From positions 83 through 64,082 of IMG/VR virus record IMGVR_UViG_3300042904_000073: a DNA stretch of 64,000 bases; one strand, 5' to 3'. Under the pieces are notes generated by a model. It had not been told where the DNA came from. It saw only the letters and a list, made by a program, of their open reading frames with translations, and searched no databases. Shown piece by piece: positions 48,268-57,336 of the stretch; positions within the stretch are counted from its first letter, which is position 1; every line of letters begins with the position of its first letter. The DNA comes from a virus. Its lineage: Duplodnaviria; Caudoviricetes. A program made the translations under genes and the position numbers.

Positions 48268-48506
48268 TTCGGCCAACCCCTGGAAATTGCGGCGATACCC
48301 CGCTTGGTGGCTGCCGTGTCGATGCACAGGATCAGGTCTTGCCCGCTGGTCCATAGGTCATAGAACGGCTTGCTGCTTTCACCGCTGAACTCGTTAGCGA
48401 GCGAGCGTTCCGCTACTCGCTGTGCCTGCTTGGCTTCAAGCGACGACGGGTATTTGACCCGCTGCTGGTCACGGACAGGCTGTGCCCTCGGAGCTTGTTT
48501 ACGCAT
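48264..48506 (-). CDS. Hypothetical protein
   Basis: GGAG SD. Confidence 0.5.
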   Translation of the reverse strand: MRKQAPRAQPVRDQQRVKYPSSLEAKQAQRVAERSLANEFSGESSKPFYDLWTSGQDLILCIDTAATKRGIAAISRGWPK

Positions 48507-48559
48507 CTTGTCAACTCCGTAGGAGCCGGGTGGTTAGCCCGGCTCCCAGGTCAGTGACC

Positions 48560-49552
48560 TTACAGGTCGTCTTCGTCGTAGTTCTCGTCGGCGTCCGTGT
48601 CCAGGTCGTCGCCTTCGCTGCCGCCATCCTGCTCGGCGAGCGCAGCTTCGGCCTGCTCCTTGATGGTCTGCCAGTTGTCGGACACCCACCGCAACTTACG
48701 CTGCTCGGCATCCTGGTCAGCCTTGGCGGCATCCCAGGCGTCCCGGTCGATCAGGCGCTTAACCGCATCCTGCATCAGCGAGTCCAGCACGTTCGGCGGC
48801 AGCGCGTCCAACTCCCAGGACTCGTCGCCATACTCCTCGATGTAAGCCCTGGCGCGGCTGTCAGTGAGCTTGGCCGGGTTCGGCGGCGGGTTGTACTCCT
48901 CGATCTGGTCCATGTTCAGCGCCAGCCGCTTGAACTCGATGGTGTTGACCCCGTGCGCGTGCATGAACTCGCGGATGCGGTCTTCAATGTCCGTGGACAT
49001 GTGAACCCCGCTCGGGTCGTGGTCACCGATATGGAAGATCACCGGAATCTGGTCGTTCTTCCGATAGCGGATGAACCGCTGCGCGGCTTCCCACATTTCG
49101 GACGCCGACATATAGCCGCGACAGGCCATCCAGCTAACTTCAACGGCGTGCGCAGATTGCGAGACGATACCCGCGAGGGCTTCTTTCTCGACCCAGAGTT
49201 CGGGCCGGTACTTCTGCCCCTTCCACTTGTCCTCAACGTAGCCGAGAGCGGAGCTACGGATGATCTGCGCCGGGCTGTCCCAGAAGTAGGTGCCCTTCAG
49301 GTTTCGGGTCCGGTCTTCGATAGCCCGCCAGGAAATGAGACCGGCGTAGCGAGCATTGGCGATGATTTCGCCGAGCCGCTTGTACTCCTTGTCATCGTTC
49401 TTGATTAGGTTCTTGCTGACGAACTGGTAGTAAAGCTGGCGCAGGGTCAGCGAGTAACCCTGCCTCTGGTAGTCGGCGATGATGTTGTTCGCGGCCTCCA
49501 CCATCGTCAGGCTTGCACCTCGGAACTTGTAGTCTCGGTAAGCGAGCTTCAT
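48560..49552 (-). CDS. Topo VI-A/Spo11-like WHD plus TOPRIM protein
   Basis: TLRQLYY, WVEKEAL, RGY.S, GDHDPSG, ELDAL. Confidence 0.8.
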   Translation of the reverse strand: MKLAYRDYKFRGASLTMVEAANNIIADYQRQGYSLTLRQLYYQFVSKNLIKNDDKEYKRLGEIIANARYAGLISWRAIEDRTRNLKGTYFWDSPAQIIRSSALGYVEDKWKGQKYRPELWVEKEALAGIVSQSAHAVEVSWMACRGYMSASEMWEAAQRFIRYRKNDQIPVIFHIGDHDPSGVHMSTDIEDRIREFMHAHGVNTIEFKRLALNMDQIEEYNPPPNPAKLTDSRARAYIEEYGDESWELDALPPNVLDSLMQDAVKRLIDRDAWDAAKADQDAEQRKLRWVSDNWQTIKEQAEAALAEQDGGSEGDDLDTDADENYDEDDL

Positions 49553-49588
49553 GGGATAACCTACCTTTCTCTTCGTTGTCGATGTTGG

Positions 49589-49948
49589 TTAGGCGCGGTA
49601 AGCGCCGGGTCCCTGGTCCTCGGAGCCGTCGTATTCCGGGGCGCTGGTGTGGTGGCCGGTCTCGAACTCGCACGCCTGGCATCCGTGGCACTGCTGCTCG
49701 GCTTCCGACTGAATGGCGTTGAGCCACTGGTAGGCCGACCTGAAGCCGAGCAGCAGAACGATAGGCAGCCAGAGCAGGGTGATGATGGCGCTCGCCAGGG
49801 TGACCTGGATGATCGGGTGGAGCAGAGCCGTGCTGACCCCGAAAAGGCGCTGCGAAAAGTGGTTCATCACGGCCAGGGTGGCGTTGAGCCACTTCAGTCC
49901 GCAGATCACGGAGATAACCAGAGTGAGCAGTAGATACGGTAGCAGCAT
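49589..49948 (-). CDS. Membrane protein
   Basis: Two hydrophobic helices; AGGAG SD. Confidence 0.5.
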   Translation of the reverse strand: MLLPYLLLTLVISVICGLKWLNATLAVMNHFSQRLFGVSTALLHPIIQVTLASAIITLLWLPIVLLLGFRSAYQWLNAIQSEAEQQCHGCQACEFETGHHTSAPEYDGSEDQGPGAYRA

Positions 49949-49991
49949 AAGCGGTCTCCTTACTCGTGGATCACGATTGCCCGTCAACCTT

Positions 49992-50020
49992 ATGGTAGCA
50001 GGCTTCACAACGGTTGTCAA
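49992..50020 (-). promoter_or_regulatory. Sigma70-type promoter
   Basis: TTGACA-17-TACCAT with TG extension. Confidence 0.7.
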
Positions 50021-50029
50021 CAGGGAATT

Positions 50030-50371
50030 TTAGCGTCGGCGCTTGGCGTCGTTGAGAGCCTGAACGGCGCTCATGTGAGCCTGGGAGTCGCGGGGGTCCC
50101 AACACTTCCGGCAAGTAAGCGACCGTGTGTCAGGGAACATTTCCCGGCTGCACTTCTTACAGTAGACGACGTAGCGCCAGCGCCCCTTATCCGAGAGTTC
50201 TGGCTTGTAGAGGCGCTTCCCGAACCCGTTAGTGCCGGTCAGGAAGACTGGCTTGCCTTTCTTGGCCGCTCGGGCTGCTTCTCTCGCAGCCACGACGAGT
50301 GATGGACCCCGGTAAATGGGGGCACGACCACCTTTCTCCACGACCTTATACTCGGCAGAGCCAGCTTCCAT
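50030..50371 (-). CDS. Zinc-finger hypothetical protein
   Basis: CKKC and CRKC; GAGG SD. Confidence 0.6.
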   Translation of the reverse strand: MEAGSAEYKVVEKGGRAPIYRGPSLVVAAREAARAAKKGKPVFLTGTNGFGKRLYKPELSDKGRWRYVVYCKKCSREMFPDTRSLTCRKCWDPRDSQAHMSAVQALNDAKRRR

Positions 50372-50382
50372 AACGGCCTCTT

Positions 50383-51009
50383 TCAGTGCAGTGTTGGGCG
50401 GTCACCTAGTGGACCGCTCCATACGTCGTCAACGCCTGGAAGCTGTTCGACGCTGACTTCTACTCGGCGATCAGGCTGCTCAACGCTCGCGGCAACCAGT
50501 CGCGCACCTTGGGTGTGCATCCACCGGACCAGCTTCGTAACTTCCTTCTCCAGTGTCGGAGGGTCAAGCAGGTCAGGTATAGCCCAGAAGAACTGCGCGA
50601 CTTTGTAGGACAAGCCAGGATCAGCCGCCACGGCTCGTTTGTAAGCGTGAACGGCCGCGCCTTGCGTAAAGAACACGCCGGTCTTGATGAACGTGGTCGA
50701 GTTCCGCTCCTGGGACAGCAGGTAAAACCTGGCCGTTTCCGTGGCTTCCAATTGACCAGCGATCAAGTCCCTGAAAATGTCCAGGGTAACCGGGCGAGTG
50801 AAGAACCTGACTGCCTCCGTGGTGACCGGAAACAGGCAAGCCTCGCCGCCGTAGGTCCCGGCGTTGAAGTGCCTCGTCGTCAGAGCGATGCAGGCAGCCA
50901 GCTTGTTATCCGAGTTCTCCCGCATCACAAGCTGGCTGTGGACGAACGACCAGAAGGCCGGGTCGCCCTCCAGAATGTCCGGTGCTACCGGCTGCTCCTG
51001 GTCGCTCAC
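50383..51009 (-). CDS. Hypothetical protein
   Basis: GTGA overlap with the upstream gene. Confidence 0.55.
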   Translation of the reverse strand: MSDQEQPVAPDILEGDPAFWSFVHSQLVMRENSDNKLAACIALTTRHFNAGTYGGEACLFPVTTEAVRFFTRPVTLDIFRDLIAGQLEATETARFYLLSQERNSTTFIKTGVFFTQGAAVHAYKRAVAADPGLSYKVAQFFWAIPDLLDPPTLEKEVTKLVRWMHTQGARLVAASVEQPDRRVEVSVEQLPGVDDVWSGPLGDRPTLH

Positions 51010-51668
51010 GCCGCTACCTTGTCCTTCTTGTTGGCCTGCTGCGCGGCTGCCCGATCCCGCAGGGTGTAGCCCATCCCCTGGAGCGCCCGGCGCACCTTGC
51101 CATGCTGGCCGCGCCCCCATCCCAGGTTGTCGGCGATCTTGGACGGGCCGTGCCCGGCTTCATAATCGCTCTTGATGCGCTCGCGGGTAGCTTCCGGCAA
51201 GCTCGCGGCGTACTTGCGCCGGTCTTCCTGGTATCGGTCGCCCGGCTTCTTGATCGTGACGCCCATGCTGCGCAGGAGCCCGGCGATTGTGGCAGCACTG
51301 CTCCGGTAGTCGCGGGCGATCAGTTCGCAGCCTTCGCCGCCTTCGTACCGCTCCTTGATCTTGGTCTTCTCCTCGGCGCTGAACTCGATGGGCTTCACCT
51401 TCGTGGCCTCGCCGCGAGCCTTGTTCATGATGCCGGTGCGGGTGCCGTTGTACTGCGGAGCGTGGCGCACGTACTCCAGGAAGCTCTCCAGGGTAATGAG
51501 CTTCACGGGGCGGAAACCACGGCCAGGGATGATCTTCTCCTCGGCCTTCAGACGCGGTTCATCGCCTTCGGTCAGGCTGTAAATCCACTCGCGGGACTTG
51601 CCAAGCAAGGCGCTTGCCGTGGCTACGGTGATGAACCCGGTCGGGCTGTTATGGGGCTTTTCAGGCAT
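51006..51668 (-). CDS. Multi-HTH DNA-binding protein
   Basis: N-terminal excisionase-like HTH plus two Y..G.....IA HTH units. Confidence 0.7.
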   Translation of the reverse strand: MPEKPHNSPTGFITVATASALLGKSREWIYSLTEGDEPRLKAEEKIIPGRGFRPVKLITLESFLEYVRHAPQYNGTRTGIMNKARGEATKVKPIEFSAEEKTKIKERYEGGEGCELIARDYRSSAATIAGLLRSMGVTIKKPGDRYQEDRRKYAASLPEATRERIKSDYEAGHGPSKIADNLGWGRGQHGKVRRALQGMGYTLRDRAAAQQANKKDKVAA

Positions 51669-51750
51669 TACCTACTCCTTCTTTGAACTCACTGTCAACT
51701 CTAGTATGGACACGACGTGCCGCGAGTGTAACATGTCGTGTCCGAAATCG

Positions 51751-52386
51751 CTAGGAAACCGCGCCCATCGGCGCGTCGTCGCTGGTGCCCTCGTCGTACT
51801 CGGCTTCATGCCGCATCGGGGGCTTGTCGGTGATCGTGCCGTCAGCGGCAACGCCGGTCTGCATATCCTCGTTCCTGGCCTGCTCCAGCAGGTCGGAAGG
51901 CGGGTGGTCCATATCGCCGTACTTGGCCCACCAATCTGCTTCCTTGGGGCCGCACCCTTCAGGCACGCCGGGACGCCGGATGCGACCTTCAGACTGCGCG
52001 TAAGACACCGCTGCGTTCTGATGCGGGAACAGGCCGGAATCCTGGTTGTCCCGTGGCCGAGCCGCGTAGGATGCACGGGCTGCATTCACCAGGCGGCAGC
52101 ACGTCTCGGCCGTCTTGTCGGCGAAGAAGGCCTCGCCCGCTTCACGAAGCTCCTGGTCTTCCGGGGACAGCGGGTCCCTGGCGCGGAGAGCTTCAGAGCA
52201 GACGTTGCGCAGTTCACGAAGCTGACTCTTGTTCACGTAGAGGGTGGCCTCGGCGGCAAGCCGGGTGTCGTCTCCGTGCCGCACTTCGATGTTGACCGTA
52301 AGCCGATCATCGCCTTTGGGAAGCCAGTCGGTAACGCTGAAGGTTGCGTTTCCATGTCGGCAGTGAAGATTGAACGTTCCACTCAT
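51751..52386 (-). CDS. Hypothetical protein
   Basis: GAGG SD; follows promoter 52417-52445. Confidence 0.6.
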   Translation of the reverse strand: MSGTFNLHCRHGNATFSVTDWLPKGDDRLTVNIEVRHGDDTRLAAEATLYVNKSQLRELRNVCSEALRARDPLSPEDQELREAGEAFFADKTAETCCRLVNAARASYAARPRDNQDSGLFPHQNAAVSYAQSEGRIRRPGVPEGCGPKEADWWAKYGDMDHPPSDLLEQARNEDMQTGVAADGTITDKPPMRHEAEYDEGTSDDAPMGAVS

Positions 52387-52416
52387 TAGGCACCTCGCTT
52401 TCGTCGTCGTGTGAAC

Positions 52417-52445
52417 ACCTTACCAGTATTGACTAGCGTTGTCAA
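52417..52445 (-). promoter_or_regulatory. Sigma70-type promoter with TTGAC-N7-GTCAA palindrome
   Basis: TTGACA-17-TAAGGT with TG extension. Confidence 0.7.
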
Positions 52446-52448
52446 CTA

Positions 52449-52724
52449 CTACTTCGAGAAGAGGTCCTCGGGGGTCACGGAGTAGCCGAACCGAGCGAAC
52501 ACCTGGTGGGTCCGGTGGTGCATTTCCCGCTGGTAACGGTTCAGTGCCGCAGGCTCGTTGACCAGCGTGAGCGACCGATCCGTGTGCGAAATCGTGTAGA
52601 CCAGGTTAGCCTGCGGAAAGGCCCACTTTCCACCGTCGTTGATGATAGCCAGCACGCCTTGTGCCCAGACCAGATCGGCGCTGGTTGGCTCGTATGGTCC
52701 TACCTTACCCTCTTCATTGCTCAT
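52449..52724 (-). CDS. Hypothetical protein
   Basis: GAGGA SD before MSNEEG. Confidence 0.55.
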   Translation of the reverse strand: MSNEEGKVGPYEPTSADLVWAQGVLAIINDGGKWAFPQANLVYTISHTDRSLTLVNEPAALNRYQREMHHRTHQVFARFGYSVTPEDLFSK

Positions 52725-52747
52725 TCTTCCTCGCTTCCTGCAACCCG

Positions 52748-52777
52748 TTGACTTCGGCTGCCAACGTATGGTATCTT
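52748..52777 (+). promoter_or_regulatory. Sigma70-type promoter for the right arm
   Basis: TTGACT-18-TATCTT with TG extension. Confidence 0.55.
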
Positions 52778-52859
52778 CCTTGTGCGGCGTTGTCAACGTC
52801 GAAATTTGAAAAGGAAGGGCTCCGGCCGGAGTATACCGACTGGAGAGGAGGTTGAGTGA

Positions 52860-54587
52860 ATGAGTGATCCCAACCCAACAATCGTGACCCTGGAGAAAGG
52901 TCGCGTATACGTGCGCTCGCACTTCAACTACAAGGAGCGATGCACGCAGATACCGGGTGGCCGGTGGGACAAGTCTGCCACGGCTTGGAACTACCCTATC
53001 TCGCCCGCTACCGCACAAGCGATCCTGGATGCGTTTAGAGGAACGCCCGTGCGTGCGGACGCGGAATTCCGCAAGCTCGTGCAGAAGGCGAAGGAGCAGC
53101 GAGAACTGGCAGCGGTCAAGACGGCTACGGACTTGCCCGACATTCCCTACACCAGAACGAAGCCGTGGCTGCACCAGCTACGCGCGTACCATTTTGCGTA
53201 TCCCATGCAGGCGTGCATGTTGGCGCTCGACATGGGCTGCGGCAAGTCGAAGATCACCGTGGACCTGATCGTCAACCGGGGCCACAAGCGAACCCTACTC
53301 TGCGCCCCGCTTTCGGTAATCCAGGAATGGCCGCACCAGTTCAAGGCCCACGCCGGTAAGCCGGTGATCGTCTGCCCGCTGGACAATAAGGCAGGCTCGG
53401 TGAAGGACAAGGTGACAGCCGCGAAGATGGCGCTGTTCCAAGCCGAACAGGAAGACAAGCAGGTCGTGATCGTCACCAACTACGAGACGGTCTGGCGTGA
53501 ACCCTTCGGCCCGGTCTATGAGAAAGTCGAGGACCCGGAGACCGGCAAGATGGTTCAGGGTGACCGGATCATCGACAAGGGCTTCGCTATGCAGGCAGGC
53601 TTCGACCTGGTAGCCCTGGACGAAATCCACCGCATCCAGGCCGCAAACGGGAAGGCCAGCAAGTTCCTCGGTCGCCTGGGAGATAAGGTGCCCTACAAGC
53701 TCGGGCTCACTGGCACTCCCTTCTCTTCAGGGCCGTTGTCAATCTACGCCCAATACCGCTTCCTGGACAAAGGCATCTTCGGCTCCAGCAATAAGGAGTT
53801 CAAGAGCCGGTATGCCGTGCAAGGCGGCTTCGGCGGCAACCAGGTAGTCGGCTTCCAGAACGAGGAAGAACTCCAGCGGAAGTTCTACTCCATCGCCTTC
53901 CGGGTCGAGAGCCGCGACGTGCTGGACCTGCCCGAAGAACAGCATATCGTGCGCACCGTCACTCTGTCGGCGGCTGCCATGAAGGCTTACAAGGAACTTG
54001 AGAAGCAGTTCATCGCCAAGTTCCAGGAAGGCGAGGTAACCGTCACCAATGCGCTCACGAAGCTCCTGCGCCTCCAGCAGCTAACTAGCGGCTATGCCCG
54101 GCTGGACGAGACCTTCGAGGAAGAGGGCAAGACCATCCGGGTCGATCACGAGAAGCAGAAGGTACTCGAAGACATTTTCGAGGACCTGGATAAGCGCGAG
54201 CCGATCATCGTGTTTGCCCGCTTCACCCACGACCTGGAAGCCGTCGCCGAAGTGTGCAAGAAGCAGGGTCGGCGCTGTGGGTTCCTGGACGGCAGCCGTA
54301 AAGACCTGGAAGCCTGGCGCAACGGCGAATACGACGTGCTGGCCGTTCAGATCAAGGCCGGTGGCACCGGGGTCAACGCGACCCGCGCCAAGTACTGCGT
54401 CTACTACTCGATGGGCTACTCTCTGGCCGACTACCGGCAGTCGCTCGCTCGTGTGATGCGACCCGGCCAGAAGCACAATGTAACTTATTACCACCTTGTC
54501 GCCGAAAAGACAGTGGATCAGAAGGTCTATAAGGCCTTGGATACCAAGCAGGAGGTCGTCCAGAGCATCCTATCTGACCTCCGCTAG
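52860..54587 (+). CDS. SNF2-family helicase with N-terminal HARP-like domain
   Basis: DMGCGKS, DEIH, LTGTP, LLRLQQ, GGTGVN, QSLARVMRPGQ. Confidence 0.92.
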   Translation: MSDPNPTIVTLEKGRVYVRSHFNYKERCTQIPGGRWDKSATAWNYPISPATAQAILDAFRGTPVRADAEFRKLVQKAKEQRELAAVKTATDLPDIPYTRTKPWLHQLRAYHFAYPMQACMLALDMGCGKSKITVDLIVNRGHKRTLLCAPLSVIQEWPHQFKAHAGKPVIVCPLDNKAGSVKDKVTAAKMALFQAEQEDKQVVIVTNYETVWREPFGPVYEKVEDPETGKMVQGDRIIDKGFAMQAGFDLVALDEIHRIQAANGKASKFLGRLGDKVPYKLGLTGTPFSSGPLSIYAQYRFLDKGIFGSSNKEFKSRYAVQGGFGGNQVVGFQNEEELQRKFYSIAFRVESRDVLDLPEEQHIVRTVTLSAAAMKAYKELEKQFIAKFQEGEVTVTNALTKLLRLQQLTSGYARLDETFEEEGKTIRVDHEKQKVLEDIFEDLDKREPIIVFARFTHDLEAVAEVCKKQGRRCGFLDGSRKDLEAWRNGEYDVLAVQIKAGGTGVNATRAKYCVYYSMGYSLADYRQSLARVMRPGQKHNVTYYHLVAEKTVDQKVYKALDTKQEVVQSILSDLR

Positions 54588-54600
54588 TCTGGAGGTTAAG

Positions 54601-54882
54601 GTGAGCGTCCGTTCATTCCGCCGAGCTAGTTGCTCGGGCAAGAAAGCGTTCGGTAGTCCCGGTGAAGCCCGTCAATCGGCAGGCTGTATCAGGCGCAAGA
54701 CGGGTGAGCGGATGCACCCTTACTTCTGCGAGTTCTGCACGTATTACCACATTGGGCACAAGTCCACACGACGCAAGAGGAGAATGGTCCCCCATGCTAC
54801 TGAACAACGAGAACGCCGACGATCAAAGCGGCAAGAAGACCGGGATGATCTACGCGCAGGCGGCCTACACGGCGACGGCTGA
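54601..54882 (+). CDS. Small zinc-finger protein
   Basis: C.GK..F...Y.C..C..YHIGH; GGAGG SD. Confidence 0.6.
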   Translation: MSVRSFRRASCSGKKAFGSPGEARQSAGCIRRKTGERMHPYFCEFCTYYHIGHKSTRRKRRMVPHATEQRERRRSKRQEDRDDLRAGGLHGDG

Positions 54883-55246
54883 CGTGATGGAAGCCCTCTT
54901 CCGGTCGGAGAAGGCTAAAGTCGATGTTGACAAAGCCCTTCAAGGACTGATATGGTCTTCACTGTCGGATGGTAGGCACTACCTGGTCAAGCTCGGTGAA
55001 ATGCGGCGGCAGAACCCGGAGTTCCCGAACGATCAGGTGGTGTTCGCCAGGACCGGCGTAATCCTGCTCACCAACCCGTACGAGGTGGAGCCCGGCGAAT
55101 GCCTGACGTGGGAGTCGCTGCACGGCAACAACGCGACCCAGGTACGGCCCAACCTGTTCCGGCTCAAGCCGAACCACGACATGCCGATCCTGGACTTCCA
55201 GCCCACGATGTTCGAGAACCAGGTTCGCTGTTGGGAGCGAGTGTAA
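54794..55246 (+). CDS. Hypothetical protein
   Basis: Typical codon bias; in the operon. Confidence 0.55.
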   Translation: MLLNNENADDQSGKKTGMIYAQAAYTATADVMEALFRSEKAKVDVDKALQGLIWSSLSDGRHYLVKLGEMRRQNPEFPNDQVVFARTGVILLTNPYEVEPGECLTWESLHGNNATQVRPNLFRLKPNHDMPILDFQPTMFENQVRCWERV

Positions 55247-55255
55247 AGGAAGCGC

Positions 55256-55630
55256 GTGCGAAGACTACTGCTAGTGTTACTGCTTGCCGTCCCGGTCGGA
55301 GCTAAACCGACCGGGCGGAAGGTCCGATTAGTTACTACTGCCTACTGCCTCGGTCCCTGTCGCCGTTGCGGCACCAGCGGGATCACCAGACTCGGCTCCC
55401 GGTCGATGCGCGGTGTAGCCGTGGGCTCGAAGCGCCGGGCCATCGCTCTTGGTTCCACGGTTACCATCCCCGGATACGGCCGTGGCCGGGTAGACGACGT
55501 AGGCGGCGGGGTGCGAGGAAACCAGCTTGACCTGCGGTTTCGATCCCACGAGCGAGCCGAGAAGTGGGGCCGGAAGGTGATCGAGGTGACGATCCAAAAT
55601 CGGCCAAAGAAAAATCGAAAAAGCCCTTGA
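55256..55630 (+). CDS. Secreted 3D-domain protein (MltA-like peptidoglycan hydrolase fold)
   Basis: Signal peptide; TAYC, IPGYG, DDVGG.V.GNQLDL, A.KWGR. Confidence 0.85.
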   Translation: MRRLLLVLLLAVPVGAKPTGRKVRLVTTAYCLGPCRRCGTSGITRLGSRSMRGVAVGSKRRAIALGSTVTIPGYGRGRVDDVGGGVRGNQLDLRFRSHERAEKWGRKVIEVTIQNRPKKNRKSP

Positions 55631-55655
55631 CTTCGGTTGAGAACGGTGGTAACTT
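55627..55655 (+). promoter_or_regulatory. Sigma70-type promoter
   Basis: TTGACT-17-TAACTT with TG extension. Confidence 0.65.
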
Positions 55656-55704
55656 ATGAACGTCGCTGATAACAACAACAACAGCGACGGAGAGGAGAGG
55701 CCTG

Positions 55705-55974
55705 ATGCCAACGCAGACGGCTGAAGTCGGCGACCGAAGGAAGCGCCTGAACGAGTGGGCTGACACCAACCCGTTCCGAGTGTGGCGCAAGACCAGCGGA
55801 CAGAACGCCTCCGACTTCGGACACATCGGAACACCGAACAGCTTTAAGAATTGGGAGCGGGGCCACGTCCGACCGAGCGCCGAGAAGATGGCCGATCTAG
55901 CCTCTGAAATGGGGATCAGCCAGGTCAAGCTGGAAGCGCAGTGGACGGATTGGGAAGTAGCCCGCCCCCGGTAA
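55705..55974 (+). CDS. XRE/Cro-like HTH regulator
   Basis: WERG..RPS......LA..MG motif. Confidence 0.75.
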   Translation: MPTQTAEVGDRRKRLNEWADTNPFRVWRKTSGQNASDFGHIGTPNSFKNWERGHVRPSAEKMADLASEMGISQVKLEAQWTDWEVARPR

Positions 55975-55986
55975 CAGGGGGTCTGA

Positions 55987-56385
55987 ATGAGCGCAGAGAG
56001 ACAACCTAGCAACCTGATCGAAGAGTATGCGCAGCGTGCGGTGAAGATCAGGGAGCTTGAAGAGGAAGCCGCCGCTCTCAAGACGAAGAACGAGGAAGCG
56101 AGGGAGACCTTGCTCCGGGTATTCGAGGAGACCGGCGAGAACAGCATCAAGACCGTGTTCGGGACGGTGTATCTGCACCGCACCGTGGTACTGAAGCTGG
56201 AGCGAGGCGTCGAACACGTTTGCAAGGCCTTGAAGATGATGGGGCTGGAGAAGTTCGTCACCGAAAGAATTGCGAACGAAAAGGAATTGGCGCGGCATAT
56301 AGACGAGCAGAACCTCGCTGACGCGCTTGCAGATGAAGTCAAGATCGTAGAGCTTTACCACCCGAGGGTAAGGAGGCCCAGGTAA
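55987..56385 (+). CDS. Hypothetical coiled-coil phage protein
   Basis: IKT..GTVY motif; precedes the SSB gene. Confidence 0.65.
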   Translation: MSAERQPSNLIEEYAQRAVKIRELEEEAAALKTKNEEARETLLRVFEETGENSIKTVFGTVYLHRTVVLKLERGVEHVCKALKMMGLEKFVTERIANEKELARHIDEQNLADALADEVKIVELYHPRVRRPR

Positions 56386-56387
56386 CC

Positions 56388-57221
56388 ATGTCAAATCAGA
56401 ATGCAATCGTCCCTGTAAGCCAGTTCGCTATCGCGCAGATGGGTGCGGCGGAAGTCGCCGAAATCATGGAAGCGAACCTCGGCGGAACCCAGATCAGCGT
56501 CGGCGACTTCGACCGGGTGAAGGTGCCGAGCGGCGGCGGAACCATCTGGGAGGTGCCCACCCTCGAAGGCCCCCGGCCGGAACGCTTCATCACTGGCGTG
56601 ATCGTCTACTGGCGCGACAACCGGGCCATGTGGAAGAAGACCGTCGAGGAAGGCGGCAGCGGCCAGGCCCCCGACTGCACCGGCCGTCTGATCCCTCTGG
56701 AAGTCGGCAGCGCGTCGAAGGTGTGGACCGGCAAGGGTGTCCGGTGGGAAGGCGACGACAGCGGCCCGCACGACTGCTCGGCGTGTCCGTACAACGACTT
56801 CGGCTCCGCTGACAAGGGCGAGGGTAAGAAGTGCAAGGAAACGCGGATGCTCGCCATCCTGACGCCGGAAGGCTTCATGCCGCTGCTCCTGAACATCCCG
56901 CCCACGTCGCTCAAGCTGATCCGGCAGTTCTGCCTGCGCCTGGCGGGCCGGGGTATCCCGCTGCACGGGGTGCAGGTGAAGATCGGGCTGAACAAGGCCA
57001 AGAACAAGGGCGGCACGGACTACTGCGAGGTGGTGCCCGAACTGGTCGAGACGCTGGACGCCGCGAACCGGGCGCTGATGAAGGCCTACGTGGACCAGAT
57101 CAAGCCGGTCCTGGAGACCGTCGAAGCCGAGGAGTCCGCAGCGGCGGCGGGCGGCACCGGCTCCAGCTTCGCAGAGGGCGAGGGCGGCGACCTGGAAGAC
57201 CTGGACACGGACGCCGAGTAA
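56388..57221 (+). CDS. Putative single-stranded DNA-binding protein
   Basis: PDC, C..CPYN.FGS..G.GKKCK, IPPTS; acidic C-terminal tail. Confidence 0.7.
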   Translation: MSNQNAIVPVSQFAIAQMGAAEVAEIMEANLGGTQISVGDFDRVKVPSGGGTIWEVPTLEGPRPERFITGVIVYWRDNRAMWKKTVEEGGSGQAPDCTGRLIPLEVGSASKVWTGKGVRWEGDDSGPHDCSACPYNDFGSADKGEGKKCKETRMLAILTPEGFMPLLLNIPPTSLKLIRQFCLRLAGRGIPLHGVQVKIGLNKAKNKGGTDYCEVVPELVETLDAANRALMKAYVDQIKPVLETVEAEESAAAAGGTGSSFAEGEGGDLEDLDTDAE

Positions 57222-57336
57222 GTTCAACCTGGCCCGGCCGTAAGCCGATAGTCAAAAGGATGGTGAAGGGCTTGTCTAAACGGCAAGCCCTTCACTGTCT
57301 CAAACAAGAATTAGCCAGGCAGGAGGTTATCCCACA

